Shown: piece by piece, positions 56,413 through 64,000 of the stretch
Layout of the letters: each line of letters starts with the position of its first letter
Numbering within the stretch: position 1 is the first letter of the stretch
NCBI GenBank assembly: GCA_965240325.2
Contig: OZ251224.1
Span: forward strand, 558,001 to 622,000
DNA from: Rebecca billardiae RCC1528
Taxonomy: Eukaryota > Protista > Haptophyta
Length of the DNA stretch: 64,000 bases
Direction: 5' to 3'
Made by a program: the position numbers and the translations under genes
Notes under the pieces: generated by a model
Seen by the model: the letters and a program-made list of their open reading frames with translations, nothing else
The model's database searches: none
What the model was told of the DNA's origin: nothing

Positions 56413-57744
56413 CTAATGACCAACATAGCCAGCATAGCTGGTGGCGATGTCGTCGAGTGTGTTGACGTGTCCCTCGATGACCTCGGCGGAGCATCCGTAG
56501 CGCGCATAGTGATGCACGTATGCGCGCGCACCGAGCTGTGCGCGTGCTCGCCTGATGATCCGGGCGAGGTGCGCCGTCACGCTCGATCGATTCGCGATCA
56601 CGGTGAGCGTTTGGTCCACAGCGTGCGCCGTGCGCTGGGTTGGCGCGTACAGCCAGTCGGCCGCCGCGCTGCGCACGGGCGAGGGGCCGAGGATCCGATC
56701 GAGCTTGGCGCAGCTCGGCCCCAGCTCCGTCGCGTCCGCCCCACGCACCACGACCTGCGCACTCAGCGTGACCACTCGCCGCTGCTCGCCGCCCGCGTCC
56801 TCGTGGTAGCGCGGCATGCACTGCGCCAGCCGCGCTGTGCGCTGCTCCCAACTCGAGCGGCTCGGCGCCGGCGGTGCGTGCGCGCGCACCGACGAGACGT
56901 TGTGCCCACTCCGAGCGCGGCCGAGCTGAGCGGGGGCGGGCGGCGAGACCGCAATCCGCGCCTGCGAGCTGAAGGCCTCGGCCAGCTTGTGCGAGGGCAG
57001 TGGCGCAACCGACGCGACGAGGCCTGCAATGTCAGCCGCGCGGGGCCGTGAGCCGCCGTTGTCGAGAGGTAGGAGGCCGCCGGCGAGCGTGCAGGCTATC
57101 CGCTGGTTCAAATCCGCGAGCGAAGCCGTCACTGACGCGCGGGCGACGGCCGACGGCTTGTCCGCCGCCAGCTTGACGTGCGCGCCCAGCATGTCCGTGT
57201 TGGCAAAGAGAAGGGCTAGGTCAACGTGCGCGTGCTGATGTGCGAGGGAGAGGGCGGCGTTGTAGTGCTGCAGGGTGGAGTCGCCGGTGGCGAACGGAAG
57301 CACAGCCGCTGAGAGCAGCCATTGCTTGTCGTACAGCTCTCGCAGCTCGCCGAGCAGCCTAGAGCCAAGTCCAGATCCCGTGCCGCCTGCGATCGAGTGG
57401 TGGACGACAATGCCGTTCCACCAGTCGCTGCGCTCGGCCGAACGACGGACGGCTTCGAGCACGCCATCCAAAGACTCTTCGGCGATCATGGAGAAGCCCA
57501 TCGCCCAGTTGTTTGCGCAGCCATGCGCATTCAGGACGCGCGCGCTGTCGTCGCGCACAATCGCGCCGAGCCGACGGCGCACGGCGCGCACGACGCGAGG
57601 CTCGCTGTCGACCAGCACGCAGTGCGCATGCCCGTGGTCGTCGAACCACCAGGTGCGCGCGCTCGGATGCGCGTGTGCCAGCGACCAAAGAGGCTCAGCG
57701 ACCTGCAGGCCCGCCTGGCCAACGTGCACGTGCGTGAGCGACAT
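56413..57744 (-). CDS. Divergent centriolar tubulin, most likely zeta (eta) class; delta is the alternative
   Basis: HVGQAG, CVLVDSEPRVV, GCANNWAMG, HSIAGGTGSGLGSRL, GDSTLQHYNAALSL, ARAYVHHYARYG. Confidence 0.85.
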   Translation of the reverse strand: MSLTHVHVGQAGLQVAEPLWSLAHAHPSARTWWFDDHGHAHCVLVDSEPRVVRAVRRRLGAIVRDDSARVLNAHGCANNWAMGFSMIAEESLDGVLEAVRRSAERSDWWNGIVVHHSIAGGTGSGLGSRLLGELRELYDKQWLLSAAVLPFATGDSTLQHYNAALSLAHQHAHVDLALLFANTDMLGAHVKLAADKPSAVARASVTASLADLNQRIACTLAGGLLPLDNGGSRPRAADIAGLVASVAPLPSHKLAEAFSSQARIAVSPPAPAQLGRARSGHNVSSVRAHAPPAPSRSSWEQRTARLAQCMPRYHEDAGGEQRRVVTLSAQVVVRGADATELGPSCAKLDRILGPSPVRSAAADWLYAPTQRTAHAVDQTLTVIANRSSVTAHLARIIRRARAQLGARAYVHHYARYGCSAEVIEGHVNTLDDIATSYAGYVGH

Positions 57745-57836
57745 GGGTCCGGCGCGGGCGCCGAGCGACCACCGCGCCCGTTGCAGAGGCTTGCAGCGGC
57801 CTGGTTGAGTGAATGAGTGGTAGTTGGTCGGCGACG

Positions 57837-59537
57837 ATGGCGGCCAAACGGCGCCTCACAGGCTGGCTGGCTCTGATGGCGGCGGGGCGCGCGCTGGCGC
57901 AGCTGCCGTTCGAGGTTGGGAACTTCGAGGCGGAGGCACGGCGCGTGCGCACTGTCTCTCGCGCCGTGCCGCGTTGGGACATGAGCGGCGGGCAAGTCGA
58001 GCCGCGCTGGTGCCTTTCAGACAGCAGCGGCAACTGCCAGTGGGGCGACTACGTTGCATCCATCGTCGCAGCGAGCTTCCCGAGTATAGCACTCTTCGTG
58101 TGCTTCACCACGCTCGCGTGTTGCTGCTGCTGCAACCCGCACCAGCTCTGCTTCCGCTGGGAGCCGTACTCGGGGTTGCCATGCTGCCCGGAGGACGAGC
58201 TCGCCTTCCGCGGCTACCGGCGCTCTCAAGTGAACACGGCGAGGATACTCCTTCTCCTGTCGTTCGTGCTCGTGACGCTGTTCTCCGTGTCGGGCTGGAT
58301 CGGCCAGCCGCTCATCGACCATGGCATCAAGTCGCTCGCGAAGGGCATGGCCGCAGCGGGGCGCAAGCTCGAGGGCGACGCGCGCGCACTCGTCGACGAC
58401 ATCGATGACGTGATGGCGCGTCAGGCGAAGCGCTCACCCGTCGCGTCCACACCGCGGGCGGACCCGGCCTCGTGGTTCGACGATGCGCGGCGCCTTGCCG
58501 TGGGGCTTGACCGCGCGCACGAGATCATCCTCTTCTCCAACAGCGTGCGCGCCGTGCTGCTTCCGACCGCGCTCGCGCTGCCGATCGTGACGACCTTCTG
58601 CGGGCTGATCGCCTCAGTGCTCAACCTCGGGCCTGTGGTGGGCGCGTGGGGCGTGGCAACGTGCATGGCGATGGTGCTGCTCTGGCTGATTCTCGCCATG
58701 CACTCGCCGCTCGTCCCGCTCTTCAGTGACCTCTGCGACCACGTCGACGACGTGCTCAGGGCCGAGCGCGCCAGCTCCACCGACAGCTTCACCGGCTGCA
58801 CGAACGGCACCACGTTTGCGCGCATCGATGGCGCGCTCGCCGGCGCGCTGCAGCACACGGCGCACGTGACGTGCGCGGGGCTGAGCGTGGCGATGCGCTC
58901 TGGTGAGCTGCGCGGGGATGCGTACGACTGCACTGGCTACGACGAGCTGCGTGCCAACCTCACCGTGGTGCGCTGCGGGGACCTGAGCAACGTCACGCTC
59001 GGCGCGTGCGCCGAGGCGTGCGACGTGCACACACTCACGAGCGCGTGCAGCCCCACCGAGCCTCCGGACGAGCCGTCGATGGGCACGCCAAGCTGCACGA
59101 CCGAATGCCGCGCCGCAGTGGTCCACGACGCGATTCGCTTCCACGACGCATTCGACGAGCTGCGCAGCGAGGCCATGCGCCCCCTGCGCGACTGCCAGTT
59201 TGTCGTGGACACGTTCGAGGCCGTGTATGGGCCCATGTGTGTGCGGCTGATCGTTGGGCTCAACTCGGTCACGACCGCCGCAACGACCATGGGGGTCTCC
59301 CTGATTGCGCCACTGCTCATCCTCACGCCGCTCTGCAAGCTCTTCCGCAAGCAGAACCAGCACATGTACCGGCGCTACGGTCTGCACACGGCGTCCTACA
59401 TCCGCGCCAGGCGCACAGAGGCGCAAGCGGACGCAGCCGAGCACGGGCGGCTCGGTCTTGGTGGCGCCCTCGGCCGCGTGCCGGGGCGGCGGGGACGAGA
59501 AGGCAGCGATCGCGCAAGAGGGGCGAGCGCGGCATGA
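57837..59537 (+). CDS. Multi-pass membrane protein, Tweety/prominin-like topology
   Basis: Signal peptide, TM1 followed by CCCCC, further TM pairs, a large Cys-rich loop, a final TM and a basic tail. Confidence 0.65.
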   Translation: MAAKRRLTGWLALMAAGRALAQLPFEVGNFEAEARRVRTVSRAVPRWDMSGGQVEPRWCLSDSSGNCQWGDYVASIVAASFPSIALFVCFTTLACCCCCNPHQLCFRWEPYSGLPCCPEDELAFRGYRRSQVNTARILLLLSFVLVTLFSVSGWIGQPLIDHGIKSLAKGMAAAGRKLEGDARALVDDIDDVMARQAKRSPVASTPRADPASWFDDARRLAVGLDRAHEIILFSNSVRAVLLPTALALPIVTTFCGLIASVLNLGPVVGAWGVATCMAMVLLWLILAMHSPLVPLFSDLCDHVDDVLRAERASSTDSFTGCTNGTTFARIDGALAGALQHTAHVTCAGLSVAMRSGELRGDAYDCTGYDELRANLTVVRCGDLSNVTLGACAEACDVHTLTSACSPTEPPDEPSMGTPSCTTECRAAVVHDAIRFHDAFDELRSEAMRPLRDCQFVVDTFEAVYGPMCVRLIVGLNSVTTAATTMGVSLIAPLLILTPLCKLFRKQNQHMYRRYGLHTASYIRARRTEAQADAAEHGRLGLGGALGRVPGRRGREGSDRARGASAA

Positions 59538-59808
59538 GTGCGAGCAGGCGGATGGATTGTTCGTGGGCGATGCCCTGGGCTGACCAAGCCCGCAACGGCC
59601 GGGAGCGGCGCGGACGCCGCGCCACCGGCCACCGCGTCCGCCTGCCGGCGTCGCGGTTGGATTGAGCAGTTTGAGCACGGACCGTAGTGTCAGCACGAAG
59701 GCACGCGGCGTGCCAGCGCGCTGCCAGCCCACCAGCGCTCTCTGTTGCACGTGCGCACACAACGCACGCTTAGTCGGGCGGCCGGGGGACGCGCGGTAGG
59801 GCGGCCAA

Positions 59809-59921
<113 letters not shown>

Positions 59922-60340
59922 TAATTCGTCAAAATTATTATTCGCGCCTCGCCGGCCGCGTCGGACCCGCCGCGGTGGGTCCGGGGGCTGGCGCCCCGCC
60001 GACTTCCGCCCGGAGAGGCGGAGTTCCGGTGTAGGGGACTGGGGAGGGCCGGGAGGGGTGCTACCGCCTACCACCTTGGGGCGGCGAGACGCTCGGAGGA
60101 CGAGGGGGTTATTGGTGCAACCTCAACCTGGCTCAATACTGCGCCCAGAATGGCCCGGACAGTTTAAATTAAGGACACCGTGGCCGGGTTGTAACAACAA
60201 CCAACATGACTGCAGTATCAGTATGACTCACTACGTAGCTTCAGATTCTGAGTATGACGCGAGTAGAACCACGCCGGTCACGGTCACGGTTATTCACGGA
60301 CCCGGGACACGCGCGTCACCGGGTCACACGGTCGTGAGTG

Positions 60341-61456
60341 TCAAGCGCCGACGAGGTTCAGCCGCGCCGTCGTGCCGTCGGCGCGAAGCATCGTGCGGAA
60401 CCAGTAGCCCCCGAGCGCAAGGCGCTGCCAGCACGGCAGTGCGCCCTTCGGCACGAAGCCGTAGTAGAGCGCATACTCCTCGGCGCAGTGCCGGGAGTAG
60501 GTGATCCGCACCTCCTCGCCCGGCCGGTACGCGCGCCGCAGCCGCAGCTCGAGACGCTCGCCGGCGGGCGCGCCAAGGCAGCCAACGTGCGTTGCGGGCG
60601 CGGCGTCGCGGGCGGGTACGAGGCGGACCGTGTTCGGGCGCTTTGATGCGCCGTGATTGAGCAGCTCGACGAGCGGTACAAACATGGCGCGGCCGGTGCG
60701 CAGCCAGTGCGCCGCACCGCCCCCGCTGAACGCGCGGTGGCCCTCGTTGCAGTCGAAGTGGCGTGCCATGGCGATGTCCCACGCGCGTGCAAATTCGGCT
60801 GCGCTCGGCTTGCCGGCGAGCGCGAGAGCGTCGGGCGCCCGCCGCTGCAGCTCGGCGTACGTTGCATTGACAGTGCGCGCGTGCAGCGCTGCGAGCGCGC
60901 GCATTGCCGGCGATGCGCGCGCGAGCCGCGCCGCACTCCACGTGCGTGGCGTGTCGGGAGCGGCGCGCTCGAGTATTCGAATTAACGGTGCCCACACGCT
61001 TAGCGGCTCGCGACGCGCTCGCTCGACCTCGGTGAGGTACACGAGCACGAGTGCGACGAACGCCGGCATCCGTTCACGCTCGAGCGGCGCCGCGAGCGCA
61101 CCCACCGCCGGGCTCTCGCGCGAGAGCAGGAGGCGCGCGGGCAGAACCACCAGAGGCGTGTCGCTTACGAGTGGCCGTTCGGCCACGACCCCGCGCACGA
61201 GCACCTTGCCATACCGTATACGTGCAAGGCGAGTTGCGTTCGCACCATAAGGCAGCTGGGCGCCGTTGCACGCCATCCAGCGATGGAGGTCATCGTAGAG
61301 CGCGGCGTCGAGCGCATCAGTGGGCGCAGACGGGGCCAGCGCGAGCGCACGTGGACTACCGAGTGGCACCAGCCGCCGCCCGCCCGCGTCGTCGTCGCCC
61401 GTGCGCGCGATGACGGCGACGCAGATGATGGCGTGAGCAGCCACTAAAGCCATCAT
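60341..61456 (-). CDS. SET-domain lysine methyltransferase (LSMT/SETD3-like) with signal peptide
   Basis: RGVVAERPL, VPLVELLNHG, PGEEVRITYS..YALYYGFV; N-terminus MMALVAAHAIICVAVIA. Confidence 0.85.
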   Translation of the reverse strand: MMALVAAHAIICVAVIARTGDDDAGGRRLVPLGSPRALALAPSAPTDALDAALYDDLHRWMACNGAQLPYGANATRLARIRYGKVLVRGVVAERPLVSDTPLVVLPARLLLSRESPAVGALAAPLERERMPAFVALVLVYLTEVERARREPLSVWAPLIRILERAAPDTPRTWSAARLARASPAMRALAALHARTVNATYAELQRRAPDALALAGKPSAAEFARAWDIAMARHFDCNEGHRAFSGGGAAHWLRTGRAMFVPLVELLNHGASKRPNTVRLVPARDAAPATHVGCLGAPAGERLELRLRRAYRPGEEVRITYSRHCAEEYALYYGFVPKGALPCWQRLALGGYWFRTMLRADGTTARLNLVGA

Positions 61457-61492
61457 GCTGAGGCATGCGCGGACAGTTTACTTTAAGTTCAA

Positions 61493-61773
61493 GCGTGATT
61501 GACGCCATCCAACACTGCACCAAGGGCGGGGTTCAATTGAACCCCCTTGACTTGCACAACCCATCGTCATTCGTCAATAATGACCTCGGCAACGCGCCCC
61601 TTGGTCACCGTCCTGCCTGCGCCGGTCTGTTTTGTGGCGGTGTCTTTGTGCAGTGTTGGATGGCTGGCCGATACACACCCGGCCGCTCTGCGCGTGGTGG
61701 AACCAAGCATGGGTTCCCCATGCGCAGAGCGGTAAGGGTGTGTATCGGCCAGGTTGGATGGCGTCAATCACGC
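61493..61773. mobile_element. ~280-bp MITE with 21-bp perfect TIRs, possibly PIF/Harbinger-like
   Basis: GCGTGATTGACGCCATCCAAC (61493-61513) and GTTGGATGGCGTCAATCACGC (61753-61773). Internal IR GGCCGATACACACCC/GGGTGTGTATCGGCC. Flanks are T/A-rich and the TSD is imperfect. Confidence 0.8.
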
Positions 61774-62104
61774 CTTAATTAACCAAGTGTGCACGTTATC
61801 ATAAATCATAGTCAACTGTGGACAGCCCGACCGCGAGACGTTCCCGGGTTTTCCGGACTTCCGCGGACTGGCGCGGGACGTACTCAAATGTACCCGCCTG
61901 AAATAGCAAGAGGGAGCCCATTTCAATAGGAACATGGTTCGAGTTGGCGTCCACTTTACTGTACTCTAATTACGTGCTTGGTTCCAGGCGACAGGCGTGA
62001 TGACTCGAGATCGCCCATTCGTGCATGATGATGGTGATGAACTGACAGGGATGGTTTTTCGGCGCTGCCCTCGCATCCATCCCGGCATGCCGCGTTGCGC
62101 TGCA

Positions 62105-63523
62105 ATGTGGCGCTGCCGCCTGCTGGCGGCGGTGCTGGCTGGTGAGGTGGCAGGCGCTGCGGCGCAGCCGTGCCTCGCCGTGCGGGCCGACCAGCTCGCG
62201 CGTGGCGCTGACGACGGCGAGCCCTTGCGAGCGTGCATGCCTTCGGGCGTCGACGCGTGCACGCCGCACGTCTCGTTCAAGGCCCTCGCATATGCGCGAA
62301 TGGTGCGCGCGGGCGTGCTCATGCCGCCACCCACGGCGAGGTCACCCGGCGGTGGCGCCCGCAGACATACCGCGCCGAGCGCGATAAGGGCGATGGGATG
62401 GGGGCTCGACCCGGCCACTCGCGCGCCGATCAACCTGCACTGGCTGCACGTGCTGCACCAAAAAGTGGCACACCACCATTTCGCTCGCACGCTCGGCGTG
62501 CGGACGGCGCGCTACTTCGCGTGCGCTCAGGAGAGCCCGGCTGCGCTGCTTCGACAGCTCAGGACGCCACTGCCGTCCAGCTACGTCGCCAAGCTCGCGC
62601 AGGGCAGCTACGCGCGGGAGGTGTTTGTCGTGCGCGACGGACGGCTCGCCGACCTCCGCAGCCAGGTGACCACGTTCTCGCGCACGCCTGTGTCGCTCAA
62701 GCAGGTGGTGCACAAGCTCAGGCTGGCGGCGGCGGCGCGCGCGGTGCGCGGCGCGCGCAAGCATACCTTCTTGCTCGAGTCATTCCAGCCGTCCGTTAGT
62801 GACCCGGGCCGCGCTGTCGACTTTAAACTGTATGCATTTGGCCGGAACGTGCCCGTCGCAGAGTACGACAACGTGATGACCAACCGCCCGGGCTTCTTCG
62901 CACTCGCGTGCGACGCGAGCGTGGTGGGCTGCCCGGCGGTGGCCGCGGTGGGCGGCGCGGGTGCGCCGACACCGGTCTTCTACGAGGTGAACACCAACCT
63001 CACGCTCGTTGGCGCAGCTGGCGGGGCGACTGGCACGTGCGGCGCGGCACTGCCGGCTGAGGCGCCCCTCGGCGTGACGACAATGCGTAAGCTCGCGCGC
63101 ACGGTGGCTGGCGCGCTGGGCGCCTTCTTCCGCGTCGACTTTTATGAGACGCACACGGGGCCCGTGCTCAGCGAGCTCACGTTCATCCCCGGCTGGTACG
63201 ACGGTTACGTGCTCCGAGCGCCGTTTCGCGACCAGCTCAGCAGATACCTCGGCGCGCAGTGGCGCGGCGTCGAGGGCGGCGGCACACCTCAGCGCACACC
63301 ATGCTGGTTTCCGAGCGGGTGGGACGCGATGCTCGACACGTGCATAGGCTTCGGCACGTACAACCTCACCGCGCTCATCGACGCTAACTGCAATCTCGAC
63401 GAGCCTGGCGACGCCGCCGACGCACGCAAATGGCGCGCCGCCGCGCGTGAGATTGCCCAGGCGTACGCAGAATTCGAGCGCACGACCGCGACGAGGAGTT
63501 CGAGCAATGGCGTAGTCGGATAG
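62105..63523 (+). CDS. TupA-like ATP-grasp ligase with signal peptide
   Basis: LPSSYVAKLAQGS, FLLESFQP, VDFKLYAFG, FFRVDFYE, LSELTFIPG. Confidence 0.82.
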   Translation: MWRCRLLAAVLAGEVAGAAAQPCLAVRADQLARGADDGEPLRACMPSGVDACTPHVSFKALAYARMVRAGVLMPPPTARSPGGGARRHTAPSAIRAMGWGLDPATRAPINLHWLHVLHQKVAHHHFARTLGVRTARYFACAQESPAALLRQLRTPLPSSYVAKLAQGSYAREVFVVRDGRLADLRSQVTTFSRTPVSLKQVVHKLRLAAAARAVRGARKHTFLLESFQPSVSDPGRAVDFKLYAFGRNVPVAEYDNVMTNRPGFFALACDASVVGCPAVAAVGGAGAPTPVFYEVNTNLTLVGAAGGATGTCGAALPAEAPLGVTTMRKLARTVAGALGAFFRVDFYETHTGPVLSELTFIPGWYDGYVLRAPFRDQLSRYLGAQWRGVEGGGTPQRTPCWFPSGWDAMLDTCIGFGTYNLTALIDANCNLDEPGDAADARKWRAAAREIAQAYAEFERTTATRSSSNGVVG

Positions 63524-63928
63524 CTTCATGCCGCCCTGCATGAGCCTGGGTCATACGTATTCAAGATGTGACGACTTGATATTGATGAATCATACGTGTT
63601 GTTACTATGCCGATTCTCGGCGGTTCGCCACGCGCGCGCGTCATCAGGCCACGTGAATCGTGATCCAGCAGCTTTAATAAGTTTAATTGAATGAAGTCGT
63701 AGTCTGAGGCATTGTCGACGGACTGCCCGGACGGCCAGACAGCCGACCCAGCGGGCGTCGATTGACCTCGGGCTCGATGCTATATCTCGATCGGTCGCTC
63801 TGCTAGGCAAGGCAGGCAAAACAGAGTAGGCGGCGAGCAAAAGTTATCCCACACGCTGACAACGGGCGCGAATAATTAGGCGCGTGCAAACCGTCAAGCT
63901 GAAGCTGTCAAAAATCATCATCACCGAG

Positions 63929-63997
63929 TTATATTATATTATATTATATTATATTATATTATATATTATATTATATTATATAATATTATATATTATT
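63929..63997. repeat. (TTATA)n pentanucleotide microsatellite
   Basis: Direct reading. Confidence 0.9.
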
Positions 63998-64000
63998 GTA

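Noticed and set aside
63929-64000. Telomeric repeat at the window end
   Set aside because: (TTATA)n lacks the G-rich strand of telomeric repeats and degenerates before the end.

Overview
Gene-dense, very GC-rich eukaryotic nuclear DNA, not prokaryotic. It has short GT-AG introns, a plastid-targeted ABC1 kinase with a bipartite presequence and a centriolar tubulin. This points to a flagellated alga with a complex plastid, plausibly a haptophyte such as Pavlovales (inference). About 25 protein genes are supported, including ARP6, RPL23/uL14, a zeta/delta-class tubulin, a NEK-GRAM kinase, an alliinase/TAR aminotransferase, two spinster-like MFS paralogues, an SMP-C2 synaptotagmin, Sec14, PLAC8, several secretory glycan-modifying enzymes and a ~2,700-aa extensin/RCC1 surface protein. 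Twenty-two of them form 11 head-to-head pairs. Several non-autonomous DNA transposons are present, mostly in promoters, including a 2.1-kb foldback P/Galileo-like element with a 7-bp TSD. The most unusual signal is a recurrent micro-insertion signature (4-6-nt duplication plus a 0-3-nt spacer). It can be read directly from duplicated segments and seems to build the AT-rich spacers between convergent genes. No rRNA, tRNA or CRISPR array was found.
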